DNA of 30,475 bases from a virus (taxonomy: Duplodnaviria > Caudoviricetes), in IMG/VR virus record IMGVR_UViG_3300049042_000218, positions 1 through 30,475 of that record; one strand, given 5' to 3'. Position 1 is the stretch's first letter. Each line of letters begins with the position of its first letter. The translations under genes were made by a program, and so were the position numbers. Shown piece by piece: positions 16,568-25,823 of the stretch. Under the pieces are notes generated by a model. That model was not told the origin of the DNA and did no database searches. It saw only the letters and a program-made list of their open reading frames with translations.

Positions 16568-18148
16568 GTGGCGACCTTCAATGAGCGGATCTCGGTCGTC
16601 ATCGACGTCGTCACCGACAAGGCGACGAAGGGCTTCAAGGACTTCAGGACTGCCGTCGGCGAAGCCAACGGGTTCACCGGCAAACTCAAGGCCGGCGTGT
16701 CGTCGCTCGGGTCCGTGTTCACCGGTGCGGTGGGCGGACCTGCTGCACTTGGCGCAGCTGTCGCCGGTGGCGCCAAGATCGCCTTGGATGCCGCCCAAGA
16801 ATGGGCTGCGCTTGGCGAACAGGTCGACAATTTCTCGGCATCAACAGGCTTGTCGTACGAAGCTGCCAGCAGGCTTCTTGAAGTCACCGGCGACCTCGGA
16901 ATTGACGCCGGCACGTTGGAATCAGTCCTCGGCAAACTCAACAAGTCAATCGACCCCAAGGTCTTCAATGATCTCGGAGTGTCGATCGCTCGCACATCAA
17001 CCGGCGCAGTTGACACGGCAGCCACGTTCGACAACGTGCTGCAAACACTTCGCGACATCAAAGATCCTGCAGAACGGGCAGCAACTGGCGCCAAGTTGCT
17101 GGGCAAAGGCTGGCAGTCCGTTGCGCCACTCATCGCCAGATCGGCCGACGACATCAAGTCACAGCTCGAAGGTGTCGCCGACGTCAAAGTGTTCAACGCC
17201 GACGACATCAAGAAAGCCAAAGAGTTCCAGCAAGCATGGCGTGACCTTTCGGACAAAGTCCAAGAGGTGACGCTGCGTCTCGGTAAAGGATTCGTACCGG
17301 TCCTAGCCGATTCGCTCAACGGCGTCATCAAGATCGCAGACGGCTTTGCCTACCTCGACGAGAAGGCAAACGTCCTTGGCTTCTCGCTGACAGACCTTGC
17401 CAAGGGGCCGATGGCTGCGGCCGAATACGGTTGGAACAAGATCTCCGACGCGTTCAGCATGTGGTGGAACGCCACCGACACCGAGAAAATCGTCTACACC
17501 GGAAAGTCGATCACCAACCTCGGCGACTCCGCCGGGTACGCCGCAAGGTATGTCGGCCTCGCAAGCCAGAAGCAAGACGCCGCTCAGCAGACAGCGGCGA
17601 AGCTTGCAACGAACGTGCGTGAGGCCACGACCGCCTACAAGAACCTCAAGAGCGAACTCACGAGTCAGAAGACGCTGGTCGACTTGAAGTTGCAGCTCGA
17701 AGGCAACGCACAGAAACTGAAAGACCTCAAGAAAGACTTCGACGAGGGAAAGCTTTCTGGTCGCGACTACATGCTCGAGGTCGCTTCTGCGACCTTGGAC
17801 AGCAAACTCGCCATCGAAGGCTACGCCGAAGCGTTGGGCAACGTCCCGCCCGATGTCACGTCCGATGTCGTACTCAATTTCGACCCCTACGCCCCAGGTA
17901 ACATTGACGCCGAACTGAACCGGTGGGCAAAGAACAAGACCGTGTTCGTCTCGGTCGCATTGGGTGGCGTGACGGTCGACCCAACGCGCAAGCCTGACAA
18001 TCCGGTCAACAATCCTCCGAAACCGGGCGGCAACACCAACGTCACCATCAAGGTCGACGTTGCTCCTGGCGGGAACCCGGTAGCAACTGGACGAGCCGTA
18101 CACGACGCCCTGCAGGCTTACTACCGCTCCGGTGGGGTGCGCCCGTAA
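16568..18148 (+). CDS. Tape measure protein (short, 526 aa)
   Basis: Ala/Gly-rich helical protein, N-terminal ISVVIDVV, ERAATGAKLLGKG, C-terminal NVTIKV; precedes tail tip gene. Confidence 0.85.
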   Translation: MATFNERISVVIDVVTDKATKGFKDFRTAVGEANGFTGKLKAGVSSLGSVFTGAVGGPAALGAAVAGGAKIALDAAQEWAALGEQVDNFSASTGLSYEAASRLLEVTGDLGIDAGTLESVLGKLNKSIDPKVFNDLGVSIARTSTGAVDTAATFDNVLQTLRDIKDPAERAATGAKLLGKGWQSVAPLIARSADDIKSQLEGVADVKVFNADDIKKAKEFQQAWRDLSDKVQEVTLRLGKGFVPVLADSLNGVIKIADGFAYLDEKANVLGFSLTDLAKGPMAAAEYGWNKISDAFSMWWNATDTEKIVYTGKSITNLGDSAGYAARYVGLASQKQDAAQQTAAKLATNVREATTAYKNLKSELTSQKTLVDLKLQLEGNAQKLKDLKKDFDEGKLSGRDYMLEVASATLDSKLAIEGYAEALGNVPPDVTSDVVLNFDPYAPGNIDAELNRWAKNKTVFVSVALGGVTVDPTRKPDNPVNNPPKPGGNTNVTIKVDVAPGGNPVATGRAVHDALQAYYRSGGVRP

Positions 18149-20070
18149 TGGCCGCATGGTTCGACAGCGCAACCGTCACGGTCGAGGTTGCGTTCACCAA
18201 CAGCCCGCTCACAGCGAACGCTTCGTGCACCTGGGTGGACATCACCACCTACGTGCGAGACATCCGCACCAACCGTGGCCGGCAGACCGAACTGTCCGAT
18301 TATGCGCCGGGCACGATGACGCTGACGTTGGACAACCGGACCCGCCGATTCGATCCGTCGAACACGGCCGGCGCCTACTACGGCAACCTCGTCCCGATGA
18401 AGAAGGTGCGTGTGCGCGCCAGCTCGGGCGCCACCTCGGCCACGATCTTCACCGGTCACGTCATGGGCTGGCCGATCGAATACCCCGGCATGGTTGATTC
18501 GCAGGTGTCGGTCCAATGCGTCGACGGGTTCCGTGCACTGCAACAGATCGCACCGCCAGCGAACGCCTACGAGGCCGTCGTCAAGGCTGACAGCCCGGCG
18601 CATTACTGGCCGCTCGACACGATCGACGACGGCGCGATCTCGCCAGCCGTGGTCGGCAACGTCGACATCTCCAACTTCAACCAGGGCGACTCGTCGTTCT
18701 CCGTGCCGGCCGACTTGACGATCACCCGCCCGGTCGGCCCGACCAGCACCCTCGCCAACGTCGGCTGGGTCGCCAACAGCGTCCCGACGTCAGCACCCAA
18801 GACGCTCGAGGGATGGTTCTGGAACTTCCAATACGGCGTGTACGGCGGCACCAACATCGCCCGTGCGGCGCTCGATTCCACGAACTGGATTCGGATCGCC
18901 GTGTCGGCCACCGACGGCACCGTGTCGGTCGGCTACTCGAACAGCACCGACACCAAGTCGTACACGTACGCATCGACCGGCTGGCAGATCAACCAGTCGC
19001 TCGCCCATCTGGTGCTGACCGTGTCGTCAACGAACCTGATCCTGTACGCCAACGGCATTCAGGTGTGGACCGGGACGCTGTCGGCTGCGACGTCAACCAA
19101 CACGTTCGCTGCGTTGCCGCCGCCGTCGGTGCAAGCCGTCGCGCAACCTCGAGCAGGGTCACCGGTCAACCCGGCGATCTACGGGCTCGCCATCTACACG
19201 GCCGGTCTGACCTCGACACAGGTGACCACCCACTATCAGGCCGGCCTCACCGGCTGGGGGCATCCGCTCGGCGACCGGGCCGGCACCCGCATCGGTCGCA
19301 TCCTTGACGCCATCAGCTGGCCGGCCGGTGACCGGGACATCTCGACCGGGTCGACCGTGCTTGGCACCTACACCGGTGGCAGCTCGACCTTGACGGCGTG
19401 CCAGGACTGTTCGGTCGCCGAGCAGGGGCTGTTCTTCATGTCGGGCGACGGCAACGTCACGATGCGCGACCGGCAATGGCAGATGACCAACGCGTCGTCG
19501 ATCACGGCCGTCGGGACGCTTGGTGATCAGGCCGGCGAAACGAACTACTCCGACATCGAGATCGACGGCAACCACCTGGAGAACATCCGGAACGTGATCA
19601 CCGTCTCCTACTCAGGGGGAGGGGTAACGGTGTCGGACTCGACGTCGGTCGCTGCTTACGGGTCGCAGTCGGATTCGGTGTCGGCATCGGCGCTGCCATC
19701 GACGGCCGGGTACGTTGCCCGCCAGTTGGCGGCGTCACGGCTGCGGCTGCGGAAAGATCCGGCGACCCGTATTCCTCGCGTCGAGATCAAGCCTCGAGCA
19801 GCGACGGCGACGATCCTGCCGGTTGTGCTCGGCCTTGAGCTTGGTGAACGGGTCACCGTGAATCGTCGGCCCACTGGTGGCACCGGCACGTTCTCTCAGG
19901 CGTGCATTGTCCAGGGCATCCAGCACACGATCACCGAGCACAACTGGGTGACGAACGTGTACCTGACGCCAGTGCAGATGACGGCCTACAGCTCGGCGCC
20001 GTGGCTGACGTTGGGTGACGCCACCTACGGCCGCATCGGTGCCGCAGCGAACAACAAGATCCCTTACTAG
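18148..20070 (+). CDS. Tail tip/hub protein with inserted LamG-like domain
   Basis: WVDITTYV...RGR...GTMTLTLDN...FDP N-terminus; ADSPAHYWPLD...TLEGW...HLVLT...LYANG...HYQAG insert; EQGLFF...DG and LELGERVTV C-terminus. Confidence 0.82.
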   Translation: MAAWFDSATVTVEVAFTNSPLTANASCTWVDITTYVRDIRTNRGRQTELSDYAPGTMTLTLDNRTRRFDPSNTAGAYYGNLVPMKKVRVRASSGATSATIFTGHVMGWPIEYPGMVDSQVSVQCVDGFRALQQIAPPANAYEAVVKADSPAHYWPLDTIDDGAISPAVVGNVDISNFNQGDSSFSVPADLTITRPVGPTSTLANVGWVANSVPTSAPKTLEGWFWNFQYGVYGGTNIARAALDSTNWIRIAVSATDGTVSVGYSNSTDTKSYTYASTGWQINQSLAHLVLTVSSTNLILYANGIQVWTGTLSAATSTNTFAALPPPSVQAVAQPRAGSPVNPAIYGLAIYTAGLTSTQVTTHYQAGLTGWGHPLGDRAGTRIGRILDAISWPAGDRDISTGSTVLGTYTGGSSTLTACQDCSVAEQGLFFMSGDGNVTMRDRQWQMTNASSITAVGTLGDQAGETNYSDIEIDGNHLENIRNVITVSYSGGGVTVSDSTSVAAYGSQSDSVSASALPSTAGYVARQLAASRLRLRKDPATRIPRVEIKPRAATATILPVVLGLELGERVTVNRRPTGGTGTFSQACIVQGIQHTITEHNWVTNVYLTPVQMTAYSSAPWLTLGDATYGRIGAAANNKIPY

Positions 20071-20079
20071 GAGGCGGAC

Positions 20080-20691
20080 ATGCCCGACGCAGGGCTCGCA
20101 GACGGAAGCGTCCTGACTTCCGCGAACTACGACACCTATCTGCGCCAGCAGGTCGTCGCCCAGGTGACCTCGGGTACACGACCGACCGGTGTTGAAGGCC
20201 GGCTGATCACCGAGACCGACACCGACCGGATCGTCTGCTACGACGGCACCAACTGGGTGCGTGTCGGCAACTACGGATCGGCTGGTCGCAGCGGCGTGCA
20301 GCTCGCACGCTTCGCCACCCAATCCATCCCGACCGGAACCGGCACCTTCACGGCTGTGTCATGGGACACCGAAACAACCGACACCGACGGCTACATCACC
20401 GCAACATCGGACACCATCACGATCCCGACAGGGCTTGGCGGTCTGTACGCCATCTCCGCTGTCATCTCATGGGCATCGTCACCCGGTGCCAACTCGTCCA
20501 TAGAGGCATATGTGAACGCGACCACCGCATGGCGTCATCCCATCGGAGCCGGAACACAAATGACCACCTGTGCCATGTCGGTCATCGTGCCGGTTGCCGC
20601 CGCCCAAACCGTCCAAATCCGACTCTCGCAAGGCACCGCCGGGGCCATCAACGTGACCGGAAACCTTGAAATGTGGAGGCTGTCAGCATGA
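20080..20691 (+). CDS. Minor tail protein / short fibre
   Basis: GGAGG RBS; GSVLTSA..., RPT..EG.LI.ETDT..YDGTNW, beta-sandwich C-terminus (TIPTGLGGLY). Confidence 0.72.
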   Translation: MPDAGLADGSVLTSANYDTYLRQQVVAQVTSGTRPTGVEGRLITETDTDRIVCYDGTNWVRVGNYGSAGRSGVQLARFATQSIPTGTGTFTAVSWDTETTDTDGYITATSDTITIPTGLGGLYAISAVISWASSPGANSSIEAYVNATTAWRHPIGAGTQMTTCAMSVIVPVAAAQTVQIRLSQGTAGAINVTGNLEMWRLSA

Positions 20692-21320
20692 TCGAGTTCC
20701 CGCCCGTTGAGATGCCGTCCGATCTGGCCGGCGAGAAGAACGGCCGGTTGGGTCCGTGCCATCTGCAGTCGGTCTGGTTCGAAGGTGTCGGCCACCTGTC
20801 GCTGCATCCGTTGGCGGCCCGTGCATGGAACGCGATGGCGGTCGTCTGTTTCGCCGAGACCAAGTCGCAGCTGTCAACGACCGGCACCTACCGCACGTAC
20901 GACCAGCAGCAGCAGCTGTTCCTCGCCCGTTACACGCCGACCTATCTGCCGGGCCGCAACGTGCTGACCTCGCCTCGAGTGTGGAACGGCAAGCGTTGGT
21001 ATCTGCGCCGAGGTGTCGCCCCGGCTGCTGTGCCCGGCACCTCCACCCACGGTTGGTCGTTGGCGAACGACATCGCTGTCTGCAAGTCGATCTACGACAA
21101 GCTGGCGAAGGCGTGGGTGAAGAAGATCATCGGCATCACCGAGGATGCCAAGGCGTGGCAGTGGGTGCAGGACAATGCGATCTCGTTCGGTTTCGGCTGG
21201 GAGGGCGCCCGTCCAGGTATGCCCGGCTGGGAACCGTGGCATCTGCGCTACTGGGCCGGTGACCTCGTGCCGCAACGCGTCAAGGACGTGGAAGCGTTTC
21301 TGGCGGCGGCCAAGCCATGA
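20688..21320 (+). CDS. Endolysin, M15 (VanY-like) Zn-peptidase
   Basis: GTYRTYDQQ, AAVPGTSTHGWSLAND (SxH...D), EPWH; ATG 20688 behind GGAGG. Confidence 0.9.
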   Translation: MIEFPPVEMPSDLAGEKNGRLGPCHLQSVWFEGVGHLSLHPLAARAWNAMAVVCFAETKSQLSTTGTYRTYDQQQQLFLARYTPTYLPGRNVLTSPRVWNGKRWYLRRGVAPAAVPGTSTHGWSLANDIAVCKSIYDKLAKAWVKKIIGITEDAKAWQWVQDNAISFGFGWEGARPGMPGWEPWHLRYWAGDLVPQRVKDVEAFLAAAKP

Positions 21321-21586
21321 TCGGGTTGTCGTCGGCGGAAGCGACCGTGCTTGCCGCAGTGCTGCCGGTGCTTGTCGTGCAGCTGGTGGCGTTGCATCAG
21401 AACCGCCAGGTGAAACAGGCGACCAAGGCAGCGGCCGAACAGTACCGGCCGAACGGTGGCAGCAGTCTGCGTGACGCCGTCGACCGGCTCGAGCAGATGG
21501 TGCGCCGGCTGCATGAACGTCACGACACGCTCAACGAGCGCATCTACATGATCGAAGACCACGTCACCCGACCTAAGGAGCGTTGA
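21317..21586 (+). CDS. Lysis-associated membrane protein (holin-like)
   Basis: One N-terminal TM helix, PNGGSSLRDAVDRLE motif and coiled coil; coupled to endolysin. Confidence 0.7.
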   Translation: MIGLSSAEATVLAAVLPVLVVQLVALHQNRQVKQATKAAAEQYRPNGGSSLRDAVDRLEQMVRRLHERHDTLNERIYMIEDHVTRPKER

Positions 21587-22305
21587 TGGCTGTCATCACA
21601 CAAGCACCAGCGACATTGAACATCGTCGCGGTCACCGGCGACGATCTGACTGTCACGCTTGGCGTCACCGAGAACGGTGCCGACTATTCGTGGACTGGTG
21701 TCACTGTGACCACCGGCATCTCGTCGGGTGGATCGCTCGTTGCCACCAACTGGACGACGACCACGCCATCCGACGGCGTGCTGGTTTTGTCGTTGACCGA
21801 CACGCAAACAACCACGCTCGGCGCAGCCACGTATCAGTTCTACGTCCAGTTCACGAAGTCCGGTGCGACCAGATCGTTGATCGCCGGCACGTTGTCGGTG
21901 ATGGAGTCAGGCTGGCCCGGCACGTCAACATCGACGGCGACGGTTGCGGCCACGTCGATCGCGGTCACCGGTCAGATCACAGGGGCGCAAGGCCAGTGGG
22001 ACACGGCGCAGACGCTCAACGCGCAGACCGGCACCACCTACAGCCTGCTCGCTACCGACGTTGGCAAACTTGTCACGCTGACTAACAGCTCGGCGATCAC
22101 GCTGACCGTGCCAAGCGGCCTTGGTCTAGCGACCGGCCAACGCATTGACCTCGCCCAGTTGGGTGCAGGCCAGGTGACGGTCGCAGCGTCGGGCACGACT
22201 GTCAACGCCACACCTGGACTCAAGCTGCGGGCCCAGTATTCGGCAGCCTCGCTGATCGTGACCGGCACCAACACGTTCCTGCTGGTTGGTGACCTCAGTG
22301 CCTAG
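21586..22305 (+). CDS. Tail fibre adaptor protein (BppU-like N-terminus)
   Basis: AAGGAG RBS; GDD.T..L...GVLVLSLTDTQT..L...Y; C-terminal NAQTGTTY.L...D.GK...QLGAGQVT...GDL fibre module. Confidence 0.7.
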   Translation: MAVITQAPATLNIVAVTGDDLTVTLGVTENGADYSWTGVTVTTGISSGGSLVATNWTTTTPSDGVLVLSLTDTQTTTLGAATYQFYVQFTKSGATRSLIAGTLSVMESGWPGTSTSTATVAATSIAVTGQITGAQGQWDTAQTLNAQTGTTYSLLATDVGKLVTLTNSSAITLTVPSGLGLATGQRIDLAQLGAGQVTVAASGTTVNATPGLKLRAQYSAASLIVTGTNTFLLVGDLSA

Positions 22306-23689
22306 CACCATCGGGATCGTTGCCTCGGGCGAGGACGTGCTGAACGACGCCGTGTTCTGGGTGGACGCCGGCCTGTCGTCGGTGGTGTCGGGCGCGCTGT
22401 CGAACTTGGGCACGGGCGGCTCGGCGCTGAATGCCGTGTTCGGTAACTCAACCGGCACCGACTCGTTCGATCCGGCGCTGCTGACGCATACGGGAACCAA
22501 CTACCTGTACCTGCCTGGCGGCACTGCCTCGGCCAACTTTGCGTCGGCTCCGAACAGTGGCGCATCGTTGGGTGGTGACGTTTCGATAGCCGTCAGGTAC
22601 GACCCAACTGATCGAAATGCCGATGTTGCGTTGCTGCTCAAACGACAGTCTGGCGTCGACACCAACTTCTACCCGTTCAACTTCGGCCAGTGGACAAACG
22701 CTGGCGGTTCGCTCAAGTTTTTATGGTACGACACCACTGGTGGTTTGCACTCGCTCTATGGCACTGTGGCAGTTCCTGCCAGCGCCAAATGGGTTGGTGT
22801 GCAGCATGACACTGACAATGGATCGGGTGGCAATACGGCGCATTTCTATTGGTCGCCAGATAATACGAATCCAACATGGACGTTGCTGCAATCAGTCACC
22901 GAAGCGTTCGTAGACCCTGCGGGTAGACGAGTGAACGCTGCTCAGATTGGTGTTGGTGGAACCGATGTTGGTGTGGCAGGTGCTGTTGGTAAGTATTACG
23001 AAGCAAAGGTGTGGAGTGGACTGACGTTCACTAACGCACCGTTGTTTCATGCCGACTTTACGACCGGTATCACCAGCGGCGCACAGGCCACGTTCACGGA
23101 GTCGTCGGCGAACGCTGCCACCGTCACGATCAACCGTTCCACGTCGGGCCGCAAAGCCGTCGCCGTCACCCGGTCGACCTTGCTGTTCGGCACCGACGAC
23201 TACCTCGAGGTCGCCGACAACGACCTGCTCGACTTCGGCGCCAGCGACTCGTTCACCGTCGTGGTCGTCGTGCGCCAGTGGGCGACACCGACAAGCTTCG
23301 GACGAATCATTGACAAGGCAGTGGTATCAAGCACCGGCTGGAGCGTGTCGAACAGTGGCACCTCGTCCGGCCTTTACGGCGGCATCTCGGACGGCACGGC
23401 CTCGGCCTCTAGATCGAACCTGTCGACATACACGCTTGGTGCGTTGCGCGTTTCAACCTTGCGAGTCAACCGAAATACACAAACGCTGGACACTGCAACC
23501 AACAACACCTTCAGCGCAACTACCAGCACAAGTGCCGTTGGCTCGTCAGCGAACGCGGTGCCGATGCGAATCGGACGCATGGGCGACACGGGAACCGGCT
23601 ATCAAGACTTCGAAATGGTCGCTGCCGCCGTCTGGCGTCGGGCGTTGAACGCCAACGAGATCGCCACCATCGTCAACCGCTACACGTAA
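22298..23689 (+). CDS. Receptor-binding protein with two LamG-like domains
   Basis: Start GTG MPSTIGIVAS; FWVDAG; LLFGTDDYLEVADNDLLDFGASDSFTV...MRIG...WRRALNANEI. Confidence 0.75.
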   Translation: MPSTIGIVASGEDVLNDAVFWVDAGLSSVVSGALSNLGTGGSALNAVFGNSTGTDSFDPALLTHTGTNYLYLPGGTASANFASAPNSGASLGGDVSIAVRYDPTDRNADVALLLKRQSGVDTNFYPFNFGQWTNAGGSLKFLWYDTTGGLHSLYGTVAVPASAKWVGVQHDTDNGSGGNTAHFYWSPDNTNPTWTLLQSVTEAFVDPAGRRVNAAQIGVGGTDVGVAGAVGKYYEAKVWSGLTFTNAPLFHADFTTGITSGAQATFTESSANAATVTINRSTSGRKAVAVTRSTLLFGTDDYLEVADNDLLDFGASDSFTVVVVVRQWATPTSFGRIIDKAVVSSTGWSVSNSGTSSGLYGGISDGTASASRSNLSTYTLGALRVSTLRVNRNTQTLDTATNNTFSATTSTSAVGSSANAVPMRIGRMGDTGTGYQDFEMVAAAVWRRALNANEIATIVNRYT

Positions 23690-23697
23690 GGAACCCG

Positions 23698-23874
23698 ATG
23701 TACCGCTTCTTCGGCAACGACGCCATCTCCAGCGCGCTCCGATCCCTGCTCCGCGCAGCAGTCGTGTGCGCCACCGCATTCGGCCTCAAGCTGACCGCCG
23801 ATCAGGTCGCCGCCATCCAGCTCGTGATCGAGTCGATCCTGCAGCTCGGCAAGACACTGCACTCGAGGTCGTAA
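23698..23874 (+). CDS. Small holin-like membrane protein (58 aa, missing from ORF track)
   Basis: AAGGAA RBS; MYRFFGNDAISSALRSLLRAAVVCATAFGLKLTADQVAAIQLVIESILQLGKTLHSRS; AFGL.LT..Q.AAI resembles actinobacterial holins. Confidence 0.65.
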   Translation: MYRFFGNDAISSALRSLLRAAVVCATAFGLKLTADQVAAIQLVIESILQLGKTLHSRS

Positions 23875-23876
23875 CG

Positions 23877-24122
23877 ATGGCGCTGGGGGCTGCACTGAAC
23901 GCCGAGGCTGCGCGCAACTTCCGAATGCGGTGCGCGATCGCCGTCCTGCTCGAGCAACTGACTCCGGCCGACTGCATCGCACTCGTTGACGCGCTCGCAT
24001 CGCCGCAGCAGTTCAGCAACGGACAGATCGAACGCGCCCTTGCCGCCGAAGGTCACGGTCACATCAAGTCGTACACGATCATGCGGCACCGGAACGGGTC
24101 GTGCAGCTGTGGCGCTCGGTGA
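23877..24122 (+). CDS. Small putative Zn-binding HTH protein
   Basis: C...helical...RHRNGSCSC; this gene type is often paired with phage metallophosphoesterases. Confidence 0.65.
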   Translation: MALGAALNAEAARNFRMRCAIAVLLEQLTPADCIALVDALASPQQFSNGQIERALAAEGHGHIKSYTIMRHRNGSCSCGAR

Positions 24123-25269
24123 CGCACTGGCCAACGAGCAACAACCGAACCGGGTAGCAACGCTCGGCAAGATCGCCGACCTGCTCGACCGCAACGGCAT
24201 CGACGTTGACGACGTCGGACGAGTCAACAAGATCACGCTGTACCAAGGCTTCTACAAGACGCAGAACGCCGAGGGCAAGGACGAACATCAAGTCGTCGAC
24301 ATGGCCGGCATCACCCTGTCGCCGCACTGGGCCGAAGGCCCGCAGTGGCCGGTCATCCAGCCCGGCCCGTCGGTCACCGTCCCGGCGCGCAAGGTCAAGC
24401 CGCAACGCACCGACGGCTGGCATGACGCCGTGATCCTGCCCGACATGCAGATCGGCTACTACCGAGCCCGCAACGGCGACCTCGAGCCGATCCACGACGA
24501 GGACGCCATCGCCGTGGCCCTCGCCATCACCGCCGACATGAACCCGACGTTGGTCGTCCTGGTCGGCGACAACCTCGACGCCGCCGAACTCGGCAAGTAC
24601 CGAACGACGCCGGCCTACCAGCAGACCACACAAGCCAGCATCGACCGTCTGGCGACGTTGTGCGCCGAGCTGCGCGCCGCAGCGCCGAACGCACGCATCG
24701 TGTGGCTCGCCGGCAACCACGAGGAACGCCTGCCGCGCTACCTCCTCGACAACGCCGTCGCAGCGTTCGGACTCCGCAAAGGCAACGCACCCGAATCGTG
24801 GCCGGTGATGTCGCTGCCGTATCTGGCACGCATGGACGAACATGCCGTCGAATACCTGCCGGGCTATCCGGCCTCGGCGTTCTGGATCAACGACCGGCTG
24901 CGGGTCATCCACGGTGACCGGGTCGCCTCCGGTGGCAGCACCGCCCACAAGTACCTCGGCAACGAGAAGGTGTCCGTGATCTACGGCCACATTCACCGCC
25001 GTGAGTACGCCGCCCGCACCCGAGAAGATCGTGACGGGCCCAAGGAGATCATGGCGGCATCGCCTGGCTGCCTCGCACGCATCGACGGCGCAGTGCCCTC
25101 CACCAAGGGCGGCGTCGACCTCGATGGCCGGCCACTGACACGCATCGAGGACTGGCAGCAGGGCGTGGCGCTGGTCTCATACCAAGAAGCCGACGGCATG
25201 TTCACCTACCACAACATCGCCATTCACGACGGCTGGGCCAGATGGGCCGGCAAGGACTACAAGGCATGA
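24109..25269 (+). CDS. Calcineurin-like metallophosphoesterase
   Basis: PDMQ, GDNLD, GNHE, HGD, GHIH motifs, C-terminal DWQQG; start placed at GTG 24109. Confidence 0.88.
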   Translation: MALGDALANEQQPNRVATLGKIADLLDRNGIDVDDVGRVNKITLYQGFYKTQNAEGKDEHQVVDMAGITLSPHWAEGPQWPVIQPGPSVTVPARKVKPQRTDGWHDAVILPDMQIGYYRARNGDLEPIHDEDAIAVALAITADMNPTLVVLVGDNLDAAELGKYRTTPAYQQTTQASIDRLATLCAELRAAAPNARIVWLAGNHEERLPRYLLDNAVAAFGLRKGNAPESWPVMSLPYLARMDEHAVEYLPGYPASAFWINDRLRVIHGDRVASGGSTAHKYLGNEKVSVIYGHIHRREYAARTREDRDGPKEIMAASPGCLARIDGAVPSTKGGVDLDGRPLTRIEDWQQGVALVSYQEADGMFTYHNIAIHDGWARWAGKDYKA

Positions 25270-25406
25270 GCAAGCACCCGGTGAAACTGACGGCCTCCGA
25301 AGCCAACCAGTTGGCGTCGCTGATCGCTGCCGTCGCACGACCACGCTCCCAGGACGAGGTCGCTGCCGTCGATCACTGGCTGCATCGGCTTGCCGTCAAG
25401 CCGTGA
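25266..25406 (+). CDS. Hypothetical protein (46 aa, missing from ORF track)
   Basis: MSKHPVKLTASEANQLASLIAAV...; ATGA and GTGA overlaps with both neighbours. Confidence 0.55.
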   Translation: MSKHPVKLTASEANQLASLIAAVARPRSQDEVAAVDHWLHRLAVKP

Positions 25407-25636
25407 AACGGCGGCCGGTGTGGATCCGTTGGCACGATGCAGCGCATGTGGCGCCAGGGGAGTGGCTGTCCGACCTCGACGACACCGGCGTGACTGTCCA
25501 CACCGTTGGGGTACTGATCGCCAAAACGAAGCGGCACCTCGTGATCGCCCATTCTTGCGACGACGCCGGAAACGTGACCGGCGTGTTCTCGATCCCGAGG
25601 ACCGCAGTCGAAGGCTGGGGCGACTTGTCTGACTAG
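25403..25636 (+). CDS. Conserved-looking phage hypothetical protein
   Basis: IRWHDA...W...TVG.L...SIP pattern familiar from small phage proteins; coupled start. Confidence 0.65.
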   Translation: MKRRPVWIRWHDAAHVAPGEWLSDLDDTGVTVHTVGVLIAKTKRHLVIAHSCDDAGNVTGVFSIPRTAVEGWGDLSD

Positions 25637-25665
25637 ATCGCAGCATCCGCCTGCTGCTGAGCGCA

Positions 25666-25709
25666 CACCCCTCGCGTCGCCCCCAGCGCGAGGGGTGCTG
25701 CTGCTTTTT
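25666..25709 (+). terminator. Intrinsic terminator ending the late operon
   Basis: CACCCCTCGCG/CGCGAGGGGTG 11-bp stem, 10-nt loop, then CTGCTGCTTTTT. Confidence 0.7.
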
Positions 25710-25710
25710 G

Positions 25711-25740
25711 CGCGCGTAATCGCGCGTAGTCGCGCGGAGT
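25711..25740 (+). repeat. Three tandem 10-bp repeats; putative integrase arm-type sites, left arm
   Basis: CGCGCGTAAT CGCGCGTAGT CGCGCGGAGT. Confidence 0.8.
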
Positions 25741-25823
25741 CGGTACCGAAACGTCCGACACCTACCATGCGTTTACCTGCGGTTTCGCGATCTACCGAAA
25801 CATAAAACACCTGTTGACCGTTG

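Noticed and set aside
16544-16570. GGGAAAT as tail chaperone frameshift, or TGA readthrough into the in-frame tape measure
   Set aside because: Read as GGG AAA in frame 0, the wrong phase for -1 slippage; the alternative frame is a shadow ORF; no positive evidence for readthrough
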